A DNA stretch of 11,033 nt from Candidatus Thorarchaeota archaeon (GCA_048882385.1 JBHLRQ010000099.1:1-11033); one strand, 5' to 3'. Positions 1-8,574 are shown, counted from the first letter of the stretch. Notes: a model not told the origin generated them from the letters alone. Numbers and translations: made by a program.

Positions 1-1020
1 GATTTTTACCCAATAGATGGAGTAACTCAAATTGTGTTCACATTATTCAATGCAATAAATCAATCATATTTCATGGCGTTCTTCTTCCTACTTGCAGGAT
101 ACTTCATACCAAGATCTTTTGAAAAAAGGGGCGGATCAAACTACACCAAAAACCGATTGATTAGATTGGGTATTCCTCTCGTAGTGTATGTCATATTCAT
201 TTCACCTGTGACAGAATTTATTGTAAGAAATTATGCCTACAACCAAGGTTGGACATTCGCTGAAGTCATTATCAATCGGATAAGCAACATAAAAATCGGA
301 GTTGATCATCTATGGTTCCTTCTTGCTCTGCTATTCTTTTCAGGATTCTTTGTTCTCTATAGAAAGATACGACCAATGTACATACCAAGTAGCGAGAAAC
401 CATTCCCTAAGGATAGAATGATTCTTGCTAGTATTTTTGTAATTGCAGCAATCACTTTCGTTGTGAGACTTGTCAGTCCTGTCGATGCAGTTTATATCCT
501 CAATTTCAAATTTGGTCACTTTACTTCCTATGTGTTCATGTTCTGGGTTGGTATCTTAGCTTACCAAGGAAAATTGTTCAACAAATTAGAGAGCGCTCAG
601 GCTAAACGATGGATAGGAATTGCAGTTTGCGTAGTGATTGCACTCCCAGTTCTTCTTATACTAATGGTTGACTTATCCGCTCCAAACATCACTCCATTCA
701 TGGGAGGATTGACTCTAGAATCATTGATCTTTTCAATATGGGAGTCATCTGCACTTCTATCAATTACCATTGGTACCCTCTATGTATTCAAAACTAGGTT
801 GAATAGAAGTAATGGGATACTGAAGAATATGGGGGGTAGTGCATACACTGCGTACATCATTCACGTTATCATTATCGTAGGATTCCAAATTCTCTTACTA
901 CCCGTTGTTATGCCAGCTTTCTTCAAAGCAGTAATTGTAGCAGTTGCTTCTATTCCCTTGATCTTTGGTCTGAGTGCAGTAATCCGAAAAATCCCTGGAT
1001 TCTCACAGGTTCTAGGTTAG
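1..1020 (+). CDS. Acyltransferase family 3 (OpgC/MdoC-like) polytopic membrane protein, 5'-truncated by the window edge
   Basis: Frame 1 is open from base 1 (DFYPIDGVTQIV..), so the GTG at 34 is probably internal. Typical family motifs are present: 'QSYFMAFFFLLAGYF', 'RLIRLGIP', 'HLWFL', 'SAYTAYIIH'. There are many hydrophobic TM segments, and the stop is TAG at 1018-1020. Confidence 0.88.
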   Translation, partial: DFYPIDGVTQIVFTLFNAINQSYFMAFFFLLAGYFIPRSFEKRGGSNYTKNRLIRLGIPLVVYVIFISPVTEFIVRNYAYNQGWTFAEVIINRISNIKIGVDHLWFLLALLFFSGFFVLYRKIRPMYIPSSEKPFPKDRMILASIFVIAAITFVVRLVSPVDAVYILNFKFGHFTSYVFMFWVGILAYQGKLFNKLESAQAKRWIGIAVCVVIALPVLLILMVDLSAPNITPFMGGLTLESLIFSIWESSALLSITIGTLYVFKTRLNRSNGILKNMGGSAYTAYIIHVIIIVGFQILLLPVVMPAFFKAVIVAVASIPLIFGLSAVIRKIPGFSQVLG

Positions 1021-1088
1021 ATTAAATGAAAACAGATAAGATTCAGGATGTTGAGTGATACTAATCCGAATAACGTGAGGTGTGAGTA

Positions 1089-1769
1089 ATGTTCAAAGAA
1101 ATCTCCGGCTTTCTCTTCTTGTTGATCATAGTAGTTCTTGTTCTTGCAAGTTCGAAATATGGATATGAAATATTCAGTGAACTGGACCCAGATGGGCAAC
1201 TGCAAAAGATCAACGATGATCCAAAGAAATTCAGAACGAGTACTTTGTTGGTGGTCCTTGAACATTCGATAATTGTAGTTTTGGCTATTTCACTCTTCAT
1301 TGCTTTCAGTTCGTTCAACCTAATGCTTGGATTTGTATGGTTGGTCGCTAGAAGCGTAGAAGGTTTAATTCAAATTAACAATAAGAGGAAATACCTCGGA
1401 CTTCTCAATATCGCAGAGCAATACAAAGGTTCCAGTGGTGCTGATAAGGAAGCATTGAGTGGATCAGCCCTTGATATTCTCAAATCGAAAAACTCTACTT
1501 TTTCCTATGCACAATTATTGTTCTCCATTGGTACGCTCGCTTACTCAATTGTGTTTGTTGTCTATGATATACTCCCAGGGTTGGCATATATTGGATGGTT
1601 TGGAATTATAGCTAGCATCATCTACGGTCTTGGTAACGGTGCAAAGTATGTGAGACCCAACTTCAACGCCTTATGGAACTTAGGGGGTCTATTGATCTGG
1701 ATATTCGAACTGGTTTTGGGCGGATGGCTAATATTTGCTCCTTTCTCTATTCCGATGGTGCCATTATAA
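1089..1769 (+). CDS. DUF4386-like multi-pass membrane protein
   Basis: 226 aa with about 6 hydrophobic helices. The pattern 'ARSVEG..', 'LFSIGTLAYS..LPGLAYIGWFG' and the C-terminal 'IFELVLGGWLI' resemble DUF4386 proteins as I recall them. SD GAGGTG at 1077-1082. Confidence 0.7.
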   Translation: MFKEISGFLFLLIIVVLVLASSKYGYEIFSELDPDGQLQKINDDPKKFRTSTLLVVLEHSIIVVLAISLFIAFSSFNLMLGFVWLVARSVEGLIQINNKRKYLGLLNIAEQYKGSSGADKEALSGSALDILKSKNSTFSYAQLLFSIGTLAYSIVFVVYDILPGLAYIGWFGIIASIIYGLGNGAKYVRPNFNALWNLGGLLIWIFELVLGGWLIFAPFSIPMVPL

Positions 1770-1788
1770 CACAAAAGAGAGAATGCTC

Positions 1789-2760
1789 ATGAAAGCGATT
1801 GTAATGACTGGTTATGGTGGACCTGAGGTCCTTCAATACAAGGATGTGGAGAAACCTTTTCCTACCGTCAATCAGGTTCTAGTGAAGGTTCATGCGGCTT
1901 CTCTGAATGCATCCGACTTTGAAATCATGAGGGGCTCATGGGCAGGTCGACTCGGGGGACCCATGAGGACAAAGCACAAGATTTTCGGAACCGACATAGC
2001 TGGAACGGTGGAGGCGGTTGGTAGTAACGTCACGAAATTTCAACCAGGTGATGAAGTCATGGGTGATCTATTGTACCCGAATGGCTATGGTGCTTTTGCG
2101 GAATATGCATGTGCACTGGGAAAAGTACTAGCACCGAAACCAGCCAACATGACCTTCGAACAGGCATCCACGTACCCTGAAGCAGGTATCATCGCAGTGC
2201 AGAGCCTACGGGGAAAGAGAGAGATTCAACCAGGAGATAAGGTCTTGATTAATGGAGCTGGGGGCGGAATGGGATCATTTGGAATCCAGATTGCGAAATA
2301 CTACGGAGCAGAAGTTACTGGAGTCGATAGCGCGTTAAAGCTTGATATGATGAAGTCAATAGGTGCAGATCACGTTCTTGATTACATGGAAACAGACTTC
2401 ACAAAGACTGGGGAGCGTTACGATATGATTCTTGACACTGTGGCACGTCGTTCATTGCGCTCCTACAGACGAGCGATGAATCCCGATGGGATGTTAGTCA
2501 TAGTCGGAGGAAACAGGCGAGCTCTTTTCCGAGCATTGATCCTTGGTCCATTGGTATCCAGGATGGGGAGTAGGAGCTTTGGTATCAATCCCATAGATGC
2601 AGATCCGATGGAAGATTATAAGATCCTTGCAGAGCTCTTCGAGGCTGGCAAGGTAGTTCCCGTTATAGACAGACGCTATCCGTTGAATAAGGTTCCTGAA
2701 GCCCTCCAGTATCTTGAGGATGGCCTCGCCCTGGGGAAGGTAGTTATCACAATGGAGTGA
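1789..2760 (+). CDS. Zinc-independent MDR-superfamily NAD(P)-dependent oxidoreductase (quinone oxidoreductase / 'alcohol dehydrogenase'-like), paralog 1
   Basis: N-terminus 'MKAIVMTGYGGPEVL', 'GTDIAGTVEAVG', Rossmann motif 'VLINGAGGGMG', C-terminus 'PVIDRRYPL..GKVVITME'. The start is more likely ATG 1789 (or 1783) than the track start at 1735, which overlaps the upstream gene. Confidence 0.92.
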   Translation: MKAIVMTGYGGPEVLQYKDVEKPFPTVNQVLVKVHAASLNASDFEIMRGSWAGRLGGPMRTKHKIFGTDIAGTVEAVGSNVTKFQPGDEVMGDLLYPNGYGAFAEYACALGKVLAPKPANMTFEQASTYPEAGIIAVQSLRGKREIQPGDKVLINGAGGGMGSFGIQIAKYYGAEVTGVDSALKLDMMKSIGADHVLDYMETDFTKTGERYDMILDTVARRSLRSYRRAMNPDGMLVIVGGNRRALFRALILGPLVSRMGSRSFGINPIDADPMEDYKILAELFEAGKVVPVIDRRYPLNKVPEALQYLEDGLALGKVVITME

Positions 2761-2765
2761 TCTGA

Positions 2766-3080
2766 ATGATAAGTAGAGTATGGCACGGGTGGACGAATCG
2801 GGAGAATGCTGATGCATACGAAGAATTACTATGCACAGAGATTTTCACTAACATTGCAAACCGCTCAATTGAGGGTTACCATGGTATTCACTTACTCCGT
2901 CGGGATGTTGAAGATGAAGTAGAATTCGTGACCATCATGTGGTTTGATTCACTAGACGCTGTACGAGGATTTGCAGGGGATAATTATGAGGTTGCTGTAG
3001 TACCACCTAAAGCAAGGCAGCTCCTATCGAGATTCGACAAGAAATCAGCTCACTATGAAGTCATTGAATCTCCAGATTAA
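2766..3080 (+). CDS. Antibiotic biosynthesis monooxygenase (ABM)-like dimeric alpha/beta barrel protein
   Basis: 104 aa with 'MISRVWHGWT', 'EFVTIMWFDSLDAVRGFAG', 'AVVPP..LL...HYEV', the pattern of this ABM-like subfamily. It starts 5 nt after the MDR stop, so it is probably co-transcribed. Confidence 0.8.
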   Translation: MISRVWHGWTNRENADAYEELLCTEIFTNIANRSIEGYHGIHLLRRDVEDEVEFVTIMWFDSLDAVRGFAGDNYEVAVVPPKARQLLSRFDKKSAHYEVIESPD

Positions 3081-3170
3081 CAGCATAATTCCTGTAGGAA
3101 TACTTATGATGAGGCTTGAAGAGTGGTATGGTCTGGTTTGGAAATGTAAACCAGAGAAGGCAAAAAGAAA

Positions 3171-3539
3171 ATGAGAGTTGACACAGCGCAGAGAATAATA
3201 TGGTTCGCTATGGTCTTCATAGTCCTAATGGTTATAGCCCTTATTGGGGGTGCTATTGTTTTCACTTTAGCATTCACCTTTATCGACCTTGGGACGTTCA
3301 TCAGTGATCCGACTGTCCTAGCGTTCCTACAAGCTAACCCACTATTCATCCCAGCTATAATGTGGGCTATAGCAGTCTTTGGATTAATTTACTTGATAGT
3401 CGTGTACATGTGGCGAAAAGACCCAATGGCACACAGGACAGGGTTTACGATTCTTGGAATACTCCAACTACTCGTAGGATTTAGTCTTGTTGGATTACTG
3501 CTCCTCCTACCAGGACTGCTCTTGGAAGAGAGTCAGTGA
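3171..3539 (+). CDS. Hypothetical small integral membrane protein (3-4 TM)
   Basis: 122-aa ORF made almost entirely of hydrophobic segments. It fills the gap between neighbours and is followed by a terminator-like hairpin. No family recognised. Confidence 0.75.
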   Translation: MRVDTAQRIIWFAMVFIVLMVIALIGGAIVFTLAFTFIDLGTFISDPTVLAFLQANPLFIPAIMWAIAVFGLIYLIVVYMWRKDPMAHRTGFTILGILQLLVGFSLVGLLLLLPGLLLEESQ

Positions 3540-3548
3540 TTATCCAAT

Positions 3549-3584
3549 AGGGAGACCAACTTGCGGTCTCCCTTCATTTTTCTT
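3549..3584 (+). terminator. Stem-loop plus T-tract, likely intrinsic terminator
   Basis: AGGGAGACC (3549-3557), a 7-nt loop, then GGTCTCCCT (3565-3573) form a perfect 9-bp stem, followed by TCATTTTTCTT. It begins 9 nt after the stop at 3539. Confidence 0.75.
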
Positions 3585-3647
3585 GGAAAGACCAAATTTA
3601 ACAGGCAGTCTCTTTACAAAATGAGATATAGGTACTAAGGAGGTTAA

Positions 3648-4025
3648 ATGATGGAAGATGTGCAGTTGATTCTTGCAGCATTATGGACATCTCTTATGCT
3701 TACTTACCTTTTGGGAGATAGTCTTCGGATTTTTGCTGGTGACTTTGTTGCAGGGGAGATGGATGGGGAAAAAGCAACTCAGAGTATGTGGATGATGGCT
3801 GCAATCATTATGTTGATTCCAATTGTCATGATTTCTTTGACACTCATATTACCTAACCCCGTGAATGGTTGGTTAAACATCATACTTTCAGTCTTCCTTT
3901 TTCTGTTCAATCTCGCAGGTATTCGTGGATACCCCTCCTATTTCGACCAGTTTCTGATAGCTGTCGGACTCGTGTTTAATATAGTGATTGTATGGTATGC
4001 ATTGACTTGGATTGGTATAATTTGA
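3648..4025 (+). CDS. DUF6326-like small membrane protein (4 TM)
   Basis: 125 aa. 'LAALWTSLMLTYLLGD', 'MLIPIVMISLTLILP.PVNGWLNI' and 'IVWYALTW' match my recollection of DUF6326 proteins. Strong SD AGGAGGT at 3638-3644, with an alternative ATG at 3651. Confidence 0.72.
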   Translation: MMEDVQLILAALWTSLMLTYLLGDSLRIFAGDFVAGEMDGEKATQSMWMMAAIIMLIPIVMISLTLILPNPVNGWLNIILSVFLFLFNLAGIRGYPSYFDQFLIAVGLVFNIVIVWYALTWIGII

Positions 4026-4041
4026 AATTCAGGTGAATTCA

Positions 4042-5016
4042 TTGAGAGCGATTATTTGCACAAAATATGGACCTCCAGAAGTACTTCAACTCGCTGAAGT
4101 GCCCAAACCCACACTCAAAAACAACGAGTTTCTGATTAAGAATTATGCAACAACGGTAGTCTTGGGTGATTGCGAACTTCGAGGTTTCAATTTTCCGTTC
4201 TATAGTTTCGCTTTCAAGCTTCTCATACGTTTGGGATTTGGTATAATGCGTCCGAGAAAGAAGATACTTGGTCAACAGCTATCTGGAGTTGTAGAAGAAG
4301 TTGGCAAGGATGTTACTTTATTCGAACCAGGTGACGAAGTTTTTGCTTGCACGGCACTCGGACTGGGAGCTTATGCTGAGTACAAATCAATGTCTGAAAA
4401 TGGATTAGTGACTAAAAAACCAACCAACATGAGTTTCGAAGAGGCTTCAACCATTCCCGTCGGTGGTAGTGAAGCACTTCATTACATGAAACAGGCAAAC
4501 GTACAGAAAGGCCAAAATGTGTTGATCAATGGTGCTGGAGGGAGTATAGGTACCATCGCACTACAGCTGGCTAAATCTAAGGGAGCTGAGGTGACTGCTG
4601 TAGACAGCGCAGGAAAATTCGACATGTTACAATCACTAGGTGCTGACCACCTTTTAGATTACAAACAAGAGCTCTTTACAGAGAGAGATGAAACCTATGA
4701 CGTCATCTTTGATGTTGTGGGTGTAACCCAATTTTCAGGTTGCAAGATATCATTGAATGAAAATGGGATCTATCTCCAAGGAAACGGTTCGATATCAAGA
4801 GGAGAGAAGTCGACTGCTAGAGAGAACAACATGAGAGTTTATGATAACTACACAGATTATACGACTGATGTTCTTGTTGAGCTAAGAGAGCTAATAGAAG
4901 CCGGGACAATCAGAACAGTCATAGATAGGACATACCCATTGGAACAGATGGTTGAAGTCCATCGATTTGTGGAGAAAGGTGGCAAACTGGGAAACGTTGT
5001 TGTTACTATGGAATGA
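4042..5016 (+). CDS. Zinc-independent MDR-superfamily NAD(P)-dependent oxidoreductase, paralog 2
   Basis: 'RAIICTKYGPPEVL', 'GAYAEY', 'VLINGAGGSIG', 'VIDRTYPL..GNVVVTME'. The likely start is TTG 4042 with SD AGGTGA at 4031-4036. The track's GTG at 4033 lies inside that SD. Confidence 0.92.
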   Translation: MRAIICTKYGPPEVLQLAEVPKPTLKNNEFLIKNYATTVVLGDCELRGFNFPFYSFAFKLLIRLGFGIMRPRKKILGQQLSGVVEEVGKDVTLFEPGDEVFACTALGLGAYAEYKSMSENGLVTKKPTNMSFEEASTIPVGGSEALHYMKQANVQKGQNVLINGAGGSIGTIALQLAKSKGAEVTAVDSAGKFDMLQSLGADHLLDYKQELFTERDETYDVIFDVVGVTQFSGCKISLNENGIYLQGNGSISRGEKSTARENNMRVYDNYTDYTTDVLVELRELIEAGTIRTVIDRTYPLEQMVEVHRFVEKGGKLGNVVVTME

Positions 5017-5022
5017 AAAGTC

Positions 5023-6120
5023 ATGGAAATCTTTCTGATAATCATCATTGGAATTCTAGGATTCTTCTTGTTTCTAATTATCGGACTATTCCTGTATAAG
5101 CAATATTTGAGATATACTACAAGAATAGATGCACCAAATGGTATTAGCTCATTAGAGGAGATTACACTCGGAAATTTGAAGCAATGGATATTCATAAGAG
5201 GTATAGACCAAAATAACCCAGTCTTGATTTTCTTACATGGCGGTCCTGGCGAACCCTCAGTAGGCATGTCAAGTTCCCGAAGATTAGATACCGAGCTGAT
5301 AAAGCATTTCACAGTGGTTCATTGGGACCAACGAGGAGGAGGGAAGTCATATAGTCCCAGCATCCCAGTTGAATCAATGACCCTCGACAGACTAGTCGAA
5401 GATTGTAACGAATTGATTGACTATCTACGAAATCGGTTTGACAAACCCAAAGTCTTCATTGTCGCACACTCATCGGGAACAGTGATTGGAATTAAAACAG
5501 CTCATAAATATCCAGAGAAGATTCACGCTTATGTTGGAGTCTCTCAAATAATCAACGACTGCGAGCATGAAACAATAAACTACAATTTCATAGTTGATGA
5601 AGCTAAAAGATTAGGCAATGTAAAACATCAAGCAGCGATTGAAGCAATTGGACTACCACCCTATGAAACTCCTAACAAGCTATGGGAGAAAGCCAACTAT
5701 ATTGTTCGATATGGAGGTATGATGGCAGATTTCTCTATTGGACAAATGATTGGACTCGTTCTACCCTATTTGACTTCACCTGAATATTCGTTAATGGAAG
5801 GAATTAGAACACTAATGGGAAAAGGACGGAATTTCACCACGCATGCTTTGTGGAAAGAACTGACAGATGTCAATTTTACAAAGGAGATTGATTCGATCAA
5901 AGTTCCTATATTCTTCTTTGAAGGCAGACACGATATGATCACTCCTACAGTCGTTGTGGAAGAGTTCTTCGATCAATTAAATGCTGAACGAGGGAAAAGG
6001 CTGGTCATTTTCGAAAACTCAGCACATTATGCGATGTTGGAAGAAAAGGAGAAGTACCTCAGCACATTGATTGATGACGTTTTGAAAGAAAGTCAAGAAA
6101 ATCACCTAAACCATACTTGA
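5023..6120 (+). CDS. Alpha/beta hydrolase (proline iminopeptidase-like/esterase) with an N-terminal membrane anchor
   Basis: N-terminal hydrophobic helix (aa ~3-25), oxyanion 'LHGGPG', 'WDQRGGGKS', nucleophile elbow 'AHSSG' (5464-5478), acid 'GRHD' and His 'FENSAH'. Confidence 0.9.
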   Translation: MEIFLIIIIGILGFFLFLIIGLFLYKQYLRYTTRIDAPNGISSLEEITLGNLKQWIFIRGIDQNNPVLIFLHGGPGEPSVGMSSSRRLDTELIKHFTVVHWDQRGGGKSYSPSIPVESMTLDRLVEDCNELIDYLRNRFDKPKVFIVAHSSGTVIGIKTAHKYPEKIHAYVGVSQIINDCEHETINYNFIVDEAKRLGNVKHQAAIEAIGLPPYETPNKLWEKANYIVRYGGMMADFSIGQMIGLVLPYLTSPEYSLMEGIRTLMGKGRNFTTHALWKELTDVNFTKEIDSIKVPIFFFEGRHDMITPTVVVEEFFDQLNAERGKRLVIFENSAHYAMLEEKEKYLSTLIDDVLKESQENHLNHT

Positions 6121-6190
6121 TGATTAGGATATTTAACTAAGGAACGTGTACTACTTTACGTTTCTTTGATTCAGAAAGGGGTGCATAATT

Positions 6191-8563
6191 ATGTATACAA
6201 GCGACCCACTTTTCACTGAACCATTTGTGGATGTAGACGAGTGGCGGGAGAAACCTGTCCGTCATCGTCATGTCCATGGTGGTTTCAAGAACACTGATGC
6301 TCGTTTTTCGTTCTACTTTCCACCAAAGGAGAAATACCAAGGAAGGTTCTTTCAGTATATCCAACCAATATCGGGGGATGAGTATACCGCAGAATCACCA
6401 ACAGCAGAGTCAGCTAGTTACTCGATAGGCTTTGCCATCGATAGCGGTGGCTACCTTGTGATATCAAACTTGGGTAGGATGGACATGTTCACCGGCGATG
6501 ATCCCACTATTGTCGGATATAGGACCAGTGCAGCAGTGGCAAAGTACTCTCGTATCTTGGCATCGGAGATGTACGGTGACCACCGTCCCTATGGTTATGC
6601 TTGGGGAGGAAGTGGTGGGGCATTCAAGACCATTAGCTGTATCGAGAACACAAAAGGCGTCTGGGATGGTGTTGTTCCCTTCATTCATGCCACACCAATA
6701 GCCATACCCCACAACTTCTCAGTACAGGCTCATGCCATGCGTATATTGAAGGATAAGATGCCCTCCATCGTCGATGCAGTAGAGCCTGGTGGTAGCGGCG
6801 ATATGAATGCTGGCTTAAATGAAGAGGAACGTGCTGCACTCGAAGAAGTGACTATGATGGGCTTTCCGCCACGAGCTTGGTTTCACTATAGGATGATTGC
6901 ATTTGGGTACACAGGAGTATTGACCTCCCTATTTGACCAGATAATTAAACGCGATCCTACATACTTTGATGATTTTTGGAAAGTGCCCGGCTACCTAGGT
7001 GCTGACAAACCCGAGTCTCTTGAGCCCTTTCGAGTCCGTCATGAAACTACCATCAAAAAAACATTGATGGCAAAGGACCTGATGGAGATGGGCATTCCAG
7101 TAGCATATTCTGCTGGAGCAAAAGGTGACATAGAAGTACCAGCTGCATTGATGATGGATGATGTGCCAGAGGGTGACCTTCAAGGAGCTTCAATATTCGT
7201 AAAGAATGGTGATGCCGAGGGTCGTGTATGCTACATTGCAGGGGGATTTGATAATATGGTCATGATTGGCTTTGGCGAGGAACACTTTCGTGGTCTGGCA
7301 GGTCTCAAAGCGGGCGACAAAGTAGAGATCGACAACTCGGTGTATCTCGCTTCTCAAACATATCATCGCCACCAGCTCCCTTCACGTGAATACTATGTCT
7401 ATGACTATTTCCGCGATGCAGATGGCAATCCCTTGTACCCGCAGCGACCTGAGGAGTTTCGAGCTGATACAGGTGCTGGTTCTATCCAATCAGGAAAGTT
7501 CAATGGCAAGATGATTGTTGTACAGATGATCATAGACGAGATCGCCTACGCATGGCAAGCTGACTGGTATCGCTCGAAAGTGAAAGCAATTCTGGGAGAT
7601 CGTTTCGAGGACAACTACCGACTATGGTATCTTGACAATGCATTGCATACTCCTCCAGTAATCACACCACTCGACTCTCCTCCGTTCATTACAACACGCA
7701 TCATCAACTACGGTGGTGTACTGCAACAAGCACTACGCGATTTGAGTGCGTGGGTCGAAAAAGGAGAGGTACCACCTGCAAGTACCCCTTATGAAGTGGT
7801 GGATGGTCAAGTGAATGTTCCACCTAAGGCTACTGAACGAAAGGGAGTCCAACCAGTAATAACTGTCACAGCTAATGGGAAAGAACGTGCTGAAGTCAAA
7901 ACTGGCAAGAAAGTGAAATTCACCGCGATTATCGACGCACCACCAGATGCTGGAACTATAGTTGGTGCGGAATGGGATTTCGAGGGTAATGGAAACTATC
8001 CGGATCTGCACAAGCTCAAAAACACAAAGAGTAGTCGAGTGAAGGTGGAAACCACCTATACATTCTCCGAAGGTGGAACGTATTTTCCCGCTATTCGTGC
8101 AACACTACATCGGAAAGGTGACCCCGAAACTCCGTACGCACGAGTCCAGAACATTGGACGTGTTAGGGTTGTTGTGGAAGGTAAGAAAAAGGAGGAGGAT
8201 GGCAAGACACTAATTCACGAATTGAAGGAGGCACCAGCTGATTTTCAAGAATTCATGGGAAAATTCGTTGAGAAGGTTGTGCAGCGAACTACTGTGGAGC
8301 GGGGTGTAGAAATTTCAACCGCTGAAATAGGACCTAGAACTGACCGATCAGCAAAATTCCAACTAATTCCTTCAACTCCCATCAATACCATCTACACAAT
8401 AAGTTTCGAGGATACAGTCCCAGGCATTGGAGTCTTTCTAGAACTCGAAGTTGAAGCCGGAGGAGCTTACAAATTAGCCAAGAAAACTATCCAAAAAGCA
8501 CTGTCAGCAAGGATTGCTGAAAATACAATAGAAGTAATCAACCAGATTCTGGAAGAATCCTAA
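6191..8563 (+). CDS. Large serine hydrolase (tannase/feruloyl esterase-like alpha/beta fold) with a PKD-like domain and an extra C-terminal domain
   Basis: 790 aa. Nucleophile-like 'YAWGGSGG' (GxSxG at 6605-6619), candidate acid/His in 'IDE' and 'DNALH', and a PKD-like segment 'AEWDFEGNG...TYTFSEGGTYFPAIRA'. SD GGGGTG at 6178-6183. It ends in tandem stops TAA TAG TAA. Confidence 0.75.
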   Translation: MYTSDPLFTEPFVDVDEWREKPVRHRHVHGGFKNTDARFSFYFPPKEKYQGRFFQYIQPISGDEYTAESPTAESASYSIGFAIDSGGYLVISNLGRMDMFTGDDPTIVGYRTSAAVAKYSRILASEMYGDHRPYGYAWGGSGGAFKTISCIENTKGVWDGVVPFIHATPIAIPHNFSVQAHAMRILKDKMPSIVDAVEPGGSGDMNAGLNEEERAALEEVTMMGFPPRAWFHYRMIAFGYTGVLTSLFDQIIKRDPTYFDDFWKVPGYLGADKPESLEPFRVRHETTIKKTLMAKDLMEMGIPVAYSAGAKGDIEVPAALMMDDVPEGDLQGASIFVKNGDAEGRVCYIAGGFDNMVMIGFGEEHFRGLAGLKAGDKVEIDNSVYLASQTYHRHQLPSREYYVYDYFRDADGNPLYPQRPEEFRADTGAGSIQSGKFNGKMIVVQMIIDEIAYAWQADWYRSKVKAILGDRFEDNYRLWYLDNALHTPPVITPLDSPPFITTRIINYGGVLQQALRDLSAWVEKGEVPPASTPYEVVDGQVNVPPKATERKGVQPVITVTANGKERAEVKTGKKVKFTAIIDAPPDAGTIVGAEWDFEGNGNYPDLHKLKNTKSSRVKVETTYTFSEGGTYFPAIRATLHRKGDPETPYARVQNIGRVRVVVEGKKKEEDGKTLIHELKEAPADFQEFMGKFVEKVVQRTTVERGVEISTAEIGPRTDRSAKFQLIPSTPINTIYTISFEDTVPGIGVFLELEVEAGGAYKLAKKTIQKALSARIAENTIEVINQILEES

Positions 8564-8574
8564 TAGTAATATCT

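Noticed and set aside
1041-1071. Weak inverted repeat ATTCAGGAT...ATCCGAAT upstream of the DUF4386-like gene
   Set aside because: It is short, needs a bulge and has a long loop, so it cannot be distinguished from chance.
1735-1788. N-terminal extension of MDR #1 overlapping the upstream gene
   Set aside because: Family homology and both paralogs begin at the MKA/MRA motif, so the extension is an ORF-caller artefact.
8561-8569. Triple in-frame stop TAA TAG TAA, considered as a sign of recoding or readthrough
   Set aside because: It is easily explained by AT-rich sequence, and there are no in-frame internal stops or recoding signals in any gene here.
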